The translations under genes and the position numbers were made by a program. A model generated the notes under the pieces. The model saw only the letters and a program-made list of their open reading frames with translations, was not told where the DNA came from and made no database searches. A stretch of 63,783 nucleotides of DNA, the filler included, from Basidiobolus ranarum (taxonomy: Eukaryota): NCBI GenBank assembly GCA_040143965.1. It is 21 parts of 21 records of this genome, joined end to end, with 100 filler letters (N's around TTAATTAATTAA, not from the genome) between each part and the next. Parts side by side here need not be neighbours in the genome. Positions count along the whole stretch, not along the records: positions 1 to 2,953 come from JASJQH010009710.1; positions 3,054 to 6,005 come from JASJQH010009711.1; positions 6,106 to 9,056 come from JASJQH010009712.1; positions 9,157 to 12,106 come from JASJQH010009713.1; 17 more parts are not named here. One strand, given 5' to 3'. Shown here piece after piece: positions 1 to 12,206 of this stretch; position 1 is the first letter of the stretch; each line of letters begins with the position of its first letter.

Positions 1-215
1 TAGAAGGTCTTGGCAGAATCACACTAAGTGAGGGATGACATGATTGGTTAGGTTTCATGCAATGTTCCAAAGAACATGACTTCCATATAAGGTAATCTGG
101 ATGAACTGACACCAGATTGCCAAGAAGTGATGGCACAGCAGATATGATGTCATAATCTAATAATAGAGGTGTTCTATTTGTAGTGGATCAGTATGTTGAG
201 ATCAGAATCATGACA
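1..215 (-). mobile_element. Gypsy (chromovirus) LTR, partial
   Basis: Matches 59845-60057, 33300-33420 and 57820-57894. Ends ...AGAATCATGACA, which is the TGTCATGA LTR start on the minus strand, as defined by the PPT at 60058. Confidence 0.8.
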
Positions 216-249
216 GGTTTTGGCAATGCAAATCTGATCATTATTTATT

Positions 250-818
250 TAGAAGTTCTCAGATTTATCTACTTTCAAACTGTGCTGGAAACCCCAAACT
301 TTGAGCACAGCTTGCTGCAATTGTCCTTATGTTAGAGTATTTGGGATCCTATTGGAAGTTGTTTGGAGAATTAGAGAAATTGGTGGTTTTCAATTATTGA
401 TTTATTGAGTTGAAAATTAACATTTATAGTTTTGTCAAAATGTAAGCAACCTAACATGAAGAATATGTTAAGAAAAGGCTCTAGGAACATGTGTACAAAG
501 TTTGGGGCTTGTAGCACAAGTTTGAAATATCCATATACCTGAGAACTTCTAAGTTAAATATTCTATGTAAACTCCAATTGAGAATATTGGGTAATATCTT
601 AGTGAAATATGAGATAACTAAATACTAAGCTATATATTATTATATAGGTGTTTAGGCAAAGCTAATTTCAATACCTTAATGCATTCTGCATATTTTTTTG
701 CTTTTCTTCTGACAAAATTATCAATGTCAACTTTCTACTTAATAAATTCATAATTGAAAGTCACCAACTTTTCTGTCTCTCCAAACTACTTTCAATAAAC
801 TCCCAAAATGCTTCAACA
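250..818 (+). mobile_element. Older diverged Copia family-A solo LTR remnant, interrupted by a second LTR
   Basis: 250-329 and 674-818 are collinear with LTR 29373-29711 (tagaagttctcaga...ccccaaacttt; gacaaaa.tatcaatgtcaactttctact...ctccca...aaca). Confidence 0.7.
330..673 (-). mobile_element. Copia family-A solo LTR with 5-bp TSD CCTTA
   Basis: TGTTAG...TTTCAATA flanked by CCTTA at 325-329 and 674-678. Homologous to 4026-4371 and 46074-46420. Confidence 0.85.
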
Positions 819-2953
819 ATATTAAGGCTGAGTTTAATTCTAGAAAATTATTAATTAAGATATCAATTATAACACCCTGACTCAAATGTTTGTGCAAGCT
901 TATATACAACCTACTTCTCAACTAGTTATAGCTTTGTTTTTTAGGAAATTCTTGGCTATCCAACATATACCAGGGATACTGAAAGAGTATTAGTTGTAGT
1001 AAGGATGCTATTTGTGAACACTGCCATTTGATTTTCACGCATCAGAAATAAATTATTAGCTATTCAAGTTAAAAATTTCATATAAGCTTAACTAGAAATA
1101 ACAAGCATGCACTCTGATAGATGGTACATTACGTGGATGTGGTTCTTCTTAATGGTTTATTGAAATTTACTTAATACCTATATGTAAATCAAAGCTACTT
1201 GGGTTATCTGAGAAAGCAAAATGGAAAGCATTGTTTCGCTTCGAGTTTGATTTATTATATAAGCTCTTGGCTCAATCATCAGGTACCGATACTTTAGGAC
1301 TATATGCTAGTATCCAAACAGACAGACCTATGGAGTGGCTTGAATGGGTGAATCACACGGGGTTGGAAATTTCCTGTACATATTGGATCCAGAAAATCGA
1401 CTGAACAACATAAAAGAGAAGTTGATTGTTTTACTCTCCACTTTCCAAAGACGTTACCATTACTTCATCACAACAGAAGTGATCAAGCGTATCCAAATGG
1501 AGTTAAAAACAATGAGTGACTAGTTAAGTAGGCTATATTGGGAATATTAATTATCAAAATTCCCCAGTGTTTTGGGAAATACCGAGGCAACACCGCATGC
1601 CAATACAATACAAGATATATTAGTATCATCTATTAAGTGAGAAATTACCAAGCCATACGCTGGTAGACAGTTCACCTGGGTGATATTTTACAATGCAACT
1701 GGATCTGTACAATACACATGTCCCTACAACAAAGACTAGCTAGAAACGAACGACGCTCAAGTCCATTCCTCGATAGAAAAAGAGTTATGTATATCAGTGA
1801 GTTTTCTGGGTTTAACCTATAATTAGTAATCTATGATAAGAGGCATATTTGCCATTCGACCGACGCTACTCATATACAAGCTTTATAGAACACACTATTA
1901 CTAAAGTTTGCTCCTAAACTTTGCCTCTACAAACAGTGCAGCTACTTGTGATCAATTTGGGTGGGATTTCTGTTGATGATTGTATTTACTGTTGGTCCTA
2001 ATTTGGGCCGCACCAATTGAAATGGTTGGTCATACAACATTTTGGAGTACAACACAGTGCAACCGCGATGCCAATCCCTTTCCAAAGAATCATTTGGAAG
2101 AATCGTGTATTCAATAGAAAGTTCGAATCCCATCGAGTATTTTTCATGCCTCATCAATCAGTAGAAGCTCAGACTGAGCACATTCTTTCTCGCTAGAAGA
2201 ATATCTCCTGTATATGGATGTAGGATCTTCTCTAACCAATTATATGCCTTATTGGATATTAACTCACCTATCACAATGCTGCCCCTTGAGCACTGTCAAG
2301 CTAACTGCAACGGTGATAGCTTATCTTGTGCCAATTGTTGTCAGATAGCGACTTGGCTGCCGAGTTGAGGTAAGGTTTTGAGTTGGTTATCTTGTATCAG
2401 TTGAGATATCAAACCACGAGGACTATCACCAAGAGAGGCACTTGCCCCCACAGTATCTAAAGTGACACCGGTTCGTACGAATCGAGGGTAGCGTATAGGT
2501 TTCACTCCTCTATATCAAGGGGATGCTTTCTCACCATTACTAATCCCCCACCTTCACCCCAACACAACTCCTTCGTTAGTAGCAGCTGATTATCCCTTTT
2601 CTTTTATTGGAATTTTCTGGATTCGTTCGTGATATATATTCACATCCAAGATCAGATACTTGGTTTTGTAACTTCATTTCTTGCCGAAAATACCAGATAT
2701 TTCGGATTTTAGTGACTTTGGAGATTTTTTTGGTAGTACATCACAACCGAACTGAATGCTACTGAGTATATGTTGGGCTCATCATCAATTCCAAGAATCT
2801 GGCCTACGTGCCTTCAAGTTACATAGTCTTCTCCCTCCAACCACAAGCATTCAATGAAGACGTCTAGACCATCTTGTGCAAGGTCAATGTCAAATATTCT
2901 GTAGAGTTAAGTCTATCTGTTGTAATCAATTGGCCATTTAGGTAACTTCCGCT

Positions 2954-3053
2954 NNNNNNNNNNNNNNNNNNNNNNNNNNNNNNNNNNNNNNNNNNNNTTA
3001 ATTAATTAANNNNNNNNNNNNNNNNNNNNNNNNNNNNNNNNNNNNNNNNNNNN
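2954..3053. other. Artificial contig spacer (first of 20)
   Basis: 100 nt of N with a central TTAATTAATTAA all-frame stop linker, recurring about every 3.04 kb through the window. Confidence 0.98.
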
Positions 3054-3622
3054 TTTGGCAAGAATCACTGATAAAGGCGACCCAGCTACTAAACTGCCAC
3101 CACGAAGGATGGGGTATCTTTACCATCCAGATGAGATATACATTGGATATGACAATACCACAGTAAGCTGTCAGGGTATAGATGATCAGGCAAGGGTAAG
3201 GATGAAAAGACGAGGTCTAGGGGTATAAAAAGAGAGCAGGTATCTGGGGGATGCAATTACCCATACACACTCTCCTCACACTCTATATCCAAGTTACTAG
3301 TATATTGGAAGAATTGGGCTTGCCCAAATTGAGTTAAGTGAGGAAGACAAACTGTTGGTGTTGTTACCAAGTGCTTTCCAACTCGTATAGCTCTTGCCAA
3401 TTTGTTGACATTTCTCAATTATTGAATCTTTGTTAATATTTTATTTCTGTTTTAATTGATATATATCTTATTAGTAACACTACCACCTATGCCTAGCTGC
3501 TCTGTTGGTACAAGTACAGAATCTTAGTGATATGATTGGCCAAAATGGGCTAGGTTTATGTTGTTACCATTTAGTGTGCATATTTCCTTCTGCTTATACT
3601 GCTACTTATGTCAGGCTGTTCT

Positions 3623-3728
3623 TGTTGAAATTAGCTTTGCCAAAACACCTATATAGTCATATACGGATCAGTGCTTAGTTATCTTGAAGTTCACTAAGAT
3701 ATTACCCATTTTTCTCAAGACAAATTTA
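3623..3728 (+). mobile_element. Truncated Copia family-A LTR (5' part)
   Basis: TGTTGAAATTAGC...CACCTATATAGTCATAT, same as the start of 27134-27335. Confidence 0.75.
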
Positions 3729-6005
3729 GATAGAAGTTGCCCAATATATGGAATTTTCAAACTTTTTGACATAAACAATGCATCCAAAGATCCTCAAATG
3801 TTTTAAATCAGGTTTAACTCCAAACCAAGCTTGATATACTCTAGAGTTAGACAGACTTCTAGTAAAACTCCAATTCTTCAGATATACAGCTGTAGCAATA
3901 GATTCTGCCCAAATTTTATGAGATACATTTTGTGCATTTATCATAGATCTTGCCATTTCTATTATAGTCCTGTTAACTCTTTCAGCAACTCCATTTTGTT
4001 GGGGTTAATAGGGGGCAGTAGTTTCTGTTAAAATATTTGGGAACCTGTTGGAAGTGGTTTGGAGAATTAGAGGAATTGGTGATTTCACTTGTTGATTTAT
4101 TGAGTAGAACATTGACATTTATAGTTTTGTCAGGATGCAAACAAACTAATGTGTAGAATGTGTTAAGAAAGGGTCCAGGAACATGTGTGCAAAGTTTGGG
4201 GCTTCTAGCACAAATTTGAAAAATCTATATAACTGAGAACTTCTGAGTTAGTAAAAATATTCAAAGTAAATTCCAATTAAGAATAATGGTTAATATCTAG
4301 TTAATTATATGATAACTAAATACTAAGCTATTTATGACTATGTAGGTATTTAGAGAATGCTAATTTCAACAGTTTCTTGCTTAATTCCAATGACTTTGCA
4401 ACAGTACTTAAATAGTGTTGAAGTATATTCTCCACCATTATGAATATGTATATTCTTAATTTCAGTTCCAGTTTTGGTCTCCACAAGTGTTTTAAAGTCT
4501 CTAAAGGTAGAGAGAGCCTCTTCTTTTCTTTCCATAAAGTAGACGCATATATATCTTGCATAATCATCAATCAATGTGATTAAATATATATTTCTATCAA
4601 AAGATAAATTTTGCATAGGCCCACACAAATCTCAATGAATTAGATCCAATTTTTTGACAGATTTGGTTAAACCAGAGATCTTGAATGGCTACTTGGCTTG
4701 CTTTCCATATATACAACCCTCACAAATTTATATTTTGGTTGGGAGGTTAATTTGAAATCCTGATATTAGGTGATTATTGATCATTTTGCTCAAATAATCA
4801 AATCCAATATGGTCAAATATATTATGCCATAATTGAATAGTTTCTTGATTAGAGTGGCTTATATTTATATATAAACCTCTTGGACTATATGTAAGTTTTT
4901 AGAAGTTCTCATGCATATCTCCTGAAGCTAATTGAATCCCTTTTGATCAATTATGGTGCATTCTAGCATATCAAAATTAAATCTTAGCCCTTCTGAGGTG
5001 GCCTTGCATAAAGATATTAAATTCTTGGCAATATCTGGCATATGCAGTACATCCTTTAAAGTATACACTCTCTTGTCAGAAGCTCCAGTTAAATTGACTT
5101 GAATTGTTACCTGTCTAGTGGCATCCAATGAGTGGCCATCTCCCATGAAACCTTTCTAATTGGGATTTCTTCATAATCCACAGACCAATGGTTTTCAATT
5201 GTGAAATGTTGGGAGGCTCCAGAATTAATATATCATGTCTAAGGATCCTTGTTGATAAGCATAGATAGAGGAGATATAAATAAGTGATCTTCTGTTGTAA
5301 CCACTTTCCAGATTCAGTATGTTTTTCATCTTTTGCAATTCTTTTAAAGCAATCTTTGCTTAAATGGCCAGTTCATTTACAGTAATCACAGAATATGTTA
5401 CTTCTATTCTTAAGGTACTTTTGACCCTTCTGGAAGGTTTCCCATAGCCTATTAAGGCATTTTATCCATTCTTATGATTGGATCCCAATTTGTGTTAATC
5501 TTTATCCAGAAGTCTGCCAATTATATAATTTCAGGTCAAATTTTCAGTTCTTTATTCTGGAGCCATTACTAGGCTCTGAAAGTCATGTGGCAGGCTATTC
5601 AGGACTGTAACTATGATATCTTGAACAGTAGTAGGTATCCCAATGCATTCCATTTCAATCACTAAAATAGTGAATCTATTAATTAGTGATTTAATGTCTT
5701 ATCCTAGCTCCATTTCTAGGTTCAAGAATTGTCATCTTAGAGATATCTTTTTGGTGGCAAAACTTGCTTGGTAGGTGTCTTCCAAAGCTTTCCATACCTT
5801 CTTGGCAGTATTAGCTGTTGAACATTGAATCAGCACTTTATCTTCAACATTAAGAATTATTGTGTTAGAGGCACTTTTTGCTTTTTTAACCTGAAGTAAA
5901 ACTTTAGTTGCAGATAGTTTTCCATTGCTTTCTTCTTTTACAAGAGTGTCCCAAAGTTCTTTTTCTTGCAGCAGCATTTTCATTTTATTTTTCTAAACTT
6001 GATAA
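3726..6005 (-). mobile_element. Degenerate Ty1/Copia gag-protease-integrase
   Basis: Gag (MLLQEKELWD), CCHC knuckle near 5360-5395, protease (INSGASQH), integrase (DLCGPM, LIDDYAR, NGGEY, PQQNGVAER, MARSMI...WAESIATAVY). Many stops and frameshifts. Confidence 0.9.
4026..4371 (-). mobile_element. Copia family-A solo LTR with 5-bp TSD GTTTC
   Basis: TGTTAAAA...TTTCAACA flanked by GTTTC at 4021-4025 and 4372-4376. It splits the integrase between GIKQET and TAP.NPQQNG. Confidence 0.92.
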
Positions 6006-6399
6006 NNNNNNNNNNNNNNNNNNNNNNNNNNNNNNNNNNNNNNNNNNNNTTAATTAATTAANNNNNNNNNNNNNNNNNNNNNNNNNNNNNNNNNNNNNNN
6101 NNNNNCTTATAGAGTAGAAAGGTAAATATATTGTTTGAGATATTCCGGAGTTTGTGTAATAAGATATAATAGATAAGTGGGGGTAATAAGACATACTTGT
6201 TATATAGATATAGAGATATTCCTATTTAGAATATAGGGGCTATGGATACATTGCTTTCTGTTTCTGTTATATGTATCAAAAAAAAAAGTGCAGTCATTAT
6301 TTCTAAGTCCATACCTCTCTTGGCATAAGAATAGAATGCCATCAGAGATCCCACTGAGTTTTTTTACCACTTCACAAATGTCTGAATTGCTCACCAACT

Positions 6400-8040
6400 A
6401 GATACAGACACCAACTGCGCAAGACTACTACCACTTTGTCTCACCCAGCAAGATATAGACTGCATAGAACACAACATACTAGATACCAGTTCCTGGTGAG
6501 ATGCTCAAGACCTCTTTTGCAAGCACTTTAATGAACCACCCAAAAAAGCTTACTTACACTGTGATCTTTGGAGAATTTGAGGGCTAAAGGGAGAAACTGT
6601 CCAACACTTCTGCAACTGGTTCCACAGACTTATGCAAGAAGCTAGATTGCAAGAGTCTGATCCTTCACTCACTGCCTACTTTCTCTCTAACTTTGATACC
6701 ACTTTGCAGAATAACACAGAAATTATATAATGCTGCAAATCCAACACATAGCTATGAAAAGTCTCAGAAGTTGATTCCATATCAATCAGCATGCTTGCTA
6801 CTAAAAGTAATACTATTTACTCAGCTCACTGTTAACTTTACCAATCAAGTTCCTAAACCATCAACTCTACCAAGAATACTCCAAGTCCAAAGTACTACAG
6901 ACTTCTTGGGAAAGGTTCCCACACTGCCAATGATTAATGAGCTTTAGCCAATAAAGACACCAAGACAAACTCAACCTCTGGCTAGTCAAATCAACCAATC
7001 ACCAAGACAGAAAATCCCAATGCTGATGACCACCTTTTTAAATGCAATGAACTGGGTCATGGAGCACATGCCTGTCAACAGAACAAAGCACCTACTGCTA
7101 AATTCTCCCAAGTTGCTGAGGATTTAATGTCACAACCAGAAGATACTCCTGAACAAGCTATCACAAGTTTGACAAAGCCTATCAAGGATATATGGTACGA
7201 GTTTACCAAAATCCCTTTTACTGTGCAGCCAAAATTGCCACTGTCAAAGACAAGAAGCAATCAACTAAGCACCTCAAAGGTAATTAAGTATCCTTAGTAC
7301 TTAATAGTAACCAATATATATCACTATTGGATACTAGAGCTACCAACTCTAATTTCTCACCCAGAGTCATTGCAGACCTCAATTTAGAAATAGAAGAGCA
7401 ATCTGGAAACATTATTCTTGCTGCCAAAGATGTTTCTGCCCCAAGAATAGAAGTCACCAACTCTATAAATATTCAATGTGGAAATTCTCAATTTATGCAC
7501 CTCAAAAAAGTCTTGAATATTCATGATGGACCATTGGTTGTTATTGGTCTAAATATATTCACCCAACTTGGCTTCAAGCTTGGAGGACTACATGTCTCTT
7601 GTCCTAGATTCAGCTAATCTCTACTGCCAGTTTCTTTTCATGAACCATGTGTAATTGCAGTAACTCCAGGACAAGAAGAACTATCATGTTACTTTCAAGC
7701 ATATGCCAACTTTGTCAAATTAACCACTGAACCTGTGATTGAAAGAAGCCAGAAGATCCCAAAGAACAGTTTCTGCATCATACAAGAGTCTCTTGTTGCC
7801 TTGGACACACCACCTGGAGAAACAACTTGGAGAAGACAATATTCAATTCCACATACTCAACAATCTCTAGTTAATAAAGTAGTACAGAAATGGCTGATAA
7901 TGGCATTATAACTCAAGCACCTTTCAACACTACCTTCAATAGCCCTCTGACTTAAGAACCATACAAGGATTCAGAAGGAAGTCTTATGCTAAAAAGAATT
8001 TGTTTAGACCCAAGACCTCTAAACAAGCTACTATAGGATT
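6400..8040 (+). mobile_element. Degenerate Ty3/Gypsy gag-protease-RT start
   Basis: Knuckle FKCNELGHGAHAC (~7037-7075), protease-like LLDT(R)AT (~7325), RT-start motifs WRRQYSIP and RICLDPRPLNKL (~7995-8030). Confidence 0.75.
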
Positions 8041-8099
8041 AAGGTTAATATACTCTTGAGTCTCCTAAACCCATTGAACTACATACATAACTGATTTTG

Positions 8100-9056
8100 C
8101 TGATACATTGTTAATCAGATTAGCATATGATATTACTGGCAATTTTCATGGAACATGATTTCACCACAGATATGCTCCATGGGGAACTCCCAGAATGTAT
8201 AGCAAGGGCCTATAATCTCAAAGCATTGTGAAAGATGTAGCAGGAAATGTATTGAATACTAGCATAGGTTCATTCTAGCTTCTTTAAACCTGTAATACAG
8301 TTTCTCATATCATATTACAAAATCTTTGTACAGTTGCTGTATCAGCCTGAGACCCACCAAAGAGAGTTGATGCCATAAGAATATAGTAACAATATTCACA
8401 AACAACTCCCAATGTTGCCAACATTTATCAGGCAGAAATCCTTTCTAGATTGCACTTGAATATATACACAAATCCATTACTTCTGGTATGTTCACTAGAA
8501 CATAGGCATAGATGAGTTGATATTGATGGGAATACTAGTACAATATGATGTTATCTGGATGTTTTCCAGCATTCTCCCAGTTGCTTTAAACTTTGATCCT
8601 ATCTCAAATGGCTTAATTGTATCAACTTTTCCACTGCCAAGCTGAGTAGGTAGCATTTGAATGTATTTAAATAGCAACTGCATAGGGCCTAATGGGAAGC
8701 TCTGGCTTTAGCTGCTCCTCTTAAGTAATATAATATTAGGATTATGGCTAATCCCAAGTCTGATGTTAGACTAACTATTTGGTGAATTGATATCAATGAG
8801 TATGTAGAAATCTGACCAGGCTCCTGATGGCAAAATCACAGAGTTTGATGTTGTATTTAAATAGTAGTAATATGTATGGCTGCTAGAGTAAACTCCATTG
8901 ATTTGACAAAATCTATGGCAAGATAGTGAATTATACCTATGAAAATCTCCATGCTTACAGATGGCCGGAGTGTCACCAATACATTCATTGATAGTAGTAT
9001 TAAAAAAATATTCACCCATCTCAAGACCATTAGATAACCAGTCAAATTCTGCAATC
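8100..9056 (-). mobile_element. Degenerate CACTA/EnSpm (Tnp2-like) transposase fragment
   Basis: GDTPAICK..F..YN....CHRFCQINGVY motif (ORF 8771-9019), and further down the minus strand GPCYTFWEFPMEHICG (~8165-8215). Confidence 0.7.
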
Positions 9057-9156
9057 NNNNNNNNNNNNNNNNNNNNNNNNNNNNNNNNNNNNNNNNNNNN
9101 TTAATTAATTAANNNNNNNNNNNNNNNNNNNNNNNNNNNNNNNNNNNNNNNNNNNN

Positions 9157-10097
9157 ATCTACCTATTGAGCAAAGCTCTCTTCTTGAGAAAATCAAGCGT
9201 ATTGATTTTATCGGGACTCTACTACTGTTGGGCTTCATTATCACACTTCTACTACCCACTCAGTGGGGAGGTAGTACATATCCATGGAACTCGCCAGAAA
9301 TCATTTCTCTTTACTGTGTCTCAGGGGCATTTTTGATCGCTTTAATTCTTGTAGAGCATCGTTTCGCCGATGAGCCGGTTATTCCTTGCCAATTGTTTAA
9401 AATACGTACACTAGTATTCAACTTTCTTGTCAGATTTTTCTATGGAATGTGTTGGCTCGGTTTGGTTTACTATATTCCATTATATTATCAAATTGTTCGC
9501 GGAAAATCTGCCATCACTTCTGGACTTGAGATGCTACCAATGATACTTTCAGTATCTTCCTTTAGTATCACTACTGGATTTATGATCTCAAAAACTGGTT
9601 ACACTATAATCTGGTGTTGGGTAGGCTTAGCTGTTATGACGGTTGGAGCAGGATTACTTATCATGTTCGATGTTACTATTAGTACCAGCAAACAAATCGG
9701 ATTCCTGTTTCTCTTGGGATCAGGAGCCGGTTGTTGTCCACAAGCTTTAATCTTGTCGGTGCAAGCGGCAGTTGCACGTAAAGATGTGAGTATGGTAACT
9801 GCTTTATCTGCATTTTCACGGTCGATTGGTGGTGTACTCGGGATCGCAATCTTTGGCTCGTTATTCAACAACAAAGTTGCTCGTGGTTTAGAGAGTTTGT
9901 CATTTCATATACCGGTCAAGGATGCTTCAGAAGGATTACAATTTATTGACGCCCTCCAATTGAATGAACGGGAAGAAGTGATAGGTGTATATGTTCATGC
10001 TTTTCAAACTGTCTTTATGGTAGCTACCTGTATGGCAGGAGTGGCATTTCTATTTTCTTTGGGAGTGCAATCGGTCAAACTTGAGAAGACCAAGTAA
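9157..10097 (+). CDS. MFS DHA2 (14-TMS) drug:H+ antiporter, 3' part
   Basis: KRIDFIG, QWGGSTYPWNS, EPVIP..LF, YYIPLYYQIVRG.SA..SG, FSRSIGGVLGIAI motifs. Truncated by the contig start. Confidence 0.9.
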
Positions 10098-11312
10098 TTC
10101 ATTTTATGACATAGCATATATAATATAGAAATACCTTCAATCATTACATTTGACATTAATTAAAACATTCCCATTAAACCCTGAGTCATTCATGACCATC
10201 ATAAATGTTGTTCTCTTATCTTAACGTATCAGAGAGTTCGGTTGCGCTAAACCGATTTAGTGATCTACCATTGAGGAAAAAATGGTTTAGGACAATTAGA
10301 AGAAGATGATGATGATCATGGCACATGTTATGTTTGCTATTCAAGGGTTAGGGTTAGTATTTTTTACGTGCGGAGTAGGATAAACTATTAATCCCAACTA
10401 GAGGCAGAAGTGATCTCATACTCAGGAAACAAATCAGAACATAATTGGCGCTTATTTATCCATATTATTAAGACATTGTTGTTGAACAGGAATTCTCATG
10501 CCAAGATACTATAAACCTTGAGTGAAACCGGGATTACAATCCTAGTAAATACGGCATGGTAAGCATCCCAATACTTGGGTCAAGTTTCAAAGTTTCTTCA
10601 CCGAGATTATGAACTTCAGGATCAATGGACAGCACCTGATTAGCATTGGGCCTAACTTTTCCAAAGAACACCATCATAATATAACTGATGTGGATTGATC
10701 AAAGTAAAGTATGAGATTGTTTCTTAACGCTTCTATTCGTAAATGCCACCATTAACATGATATCTCTTGGTGAACATCAATTAAATGGCAATATGGATAT
10801 TCTAACTAGTATAAAATACAGTAATAGAATTGAAGAGGTCAATTTTTTCTATACCCTTTTTGTATCGGTTGTTGTGGTCTAGGACGGAAAATAAGTTGAA
10901 AACCACTGAATTCGAACGACCATAAATGCTAATTCGCATCAATAGCCACCCCATATCCATTTGTGATTGTCCTGTTTGGACGGAGAATCAAATACAACCT
11001 CATGGTTTGAGTTATATAATTGTAATGGCTGGGGATCTCGGTAAAATGTCGGAATTTTCCAAAATAGTCGTTATTCACAGTCAGAAGGTTACTAGACTAA
11101 ATATTATGGCCATTTTAGTATATTGGAGTTGTGGGATAACTCAGCAAATTATTGTTATCGTACTATTTTGTCATTGCTAGTATTCCTACTATAGGCTAGA
11201 TCACATGTATCTACACGGAAGAACCCGACAACTCAATCCGATCTATATATAAAAGTAACAGTGACACTCGGAACGTCCGTGTACATTCTTACAGTTCAAA
11301 ATCTAGATAGCC

Positions 11313-12106
11313 ATGTCAGAAAAACAAACATCAATTAGTGAAACCACACCTGGTGACACTACCGAACCAATCGATTGTTCGAAACATAATGATTTGGAGA
11401 AGGCTAAAGTTATACCTGCCGACGCCCCTACTACATATTACAAACTCCCATTGTCTCAGTTAATATTGGTCTTCTTAAGTCTTGCGCTAGCCATGATGCT
11501 AGCTGTGCTAGATCGAACCATCGTGGCTACTGCTCTGCCAAGAATCGCAACTGATTTCGGTGCATTTGATCAAATTACTTGGGTGGCTACTGCATATATG
11601 TTGACTGCTACAGCTTGTCAGCCTCTCTATGGAAAGGTAACACTTTAATGATCGAGGATTGAATTATTATAAATGTTAATCAGTCCCTTTAGTTTTCGGA
11701 TATCTTTGGCTGTAAGCCTACTTTCCTAACCGCCATTATCATCTTCGAAATTGGAAGTGCTTTGTCTGGAGCTTCACAATCCATGACTATGCTAATCGTG
11801 GCTAGAGCCATTGGTGGTATTGGTGGAGGTGGAGGTAAATATTTTTCTGCACCATATTACATATACATGTACTCGATGTTCATCCCGTTATAGTTCAGGG
11901 AATGATTTTCATCATCATAAGTAAGATTATTCCGATCAGAGAGCGTGGAAAATATCAAGGGGTTATTAGTTCAACAGTAAGTCAGCATTCATAGATTTTG
12001 AATACTCGCTCTTAAGGTATTACTCTCGTTTCTAATCAATTTTATTTGATCTGTTGGCATTTTCTTCTGTTCTATGTCCCCTGTTGGGTTGCGTCTTTAC
12101 TGTTGT
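11313..12106 (+). CDS. MFS DHA2 antiporter, 5' part with introns (paralogue of the upstream gene)
   Basis: LDRTIVATALPRI, WVATAYML...QPLYGK, intron 11637-11692, then FSDIFG.KP, ARAIGGIGGGG and RERGKYQG. Further GT donors near 11835 and 11977. Confidence 0.85.
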
Positions 12107-12206
12107 NNNNNNNNNNNNNNNNNNNNNNNNNNNNNNNNNNNNNNNNNNNNTTAATTAATTAANNNNNNNNNNNNNNNNNNNNNNNNNNNNNNNNNNNNNN
12201 NNNNNN

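Noticed and set aside
1900-2953. Minus-strand fragments resembling hAT TRW.S or Walker B (LLIDEA)
   Set aside because: Isolated short matches in different frames with stops; consistent with chance.
2954-3053. TTAATTAATTAA recurring about every 3 kb as a biological repeat
   Set aside because: Always embedded in N-runs of fixed total length; it is an assembly linker.
10343-10357. AGGGTTAGGGTTAG as a telomere
   Set aside because: Only about two units, internal to an intergenic region.
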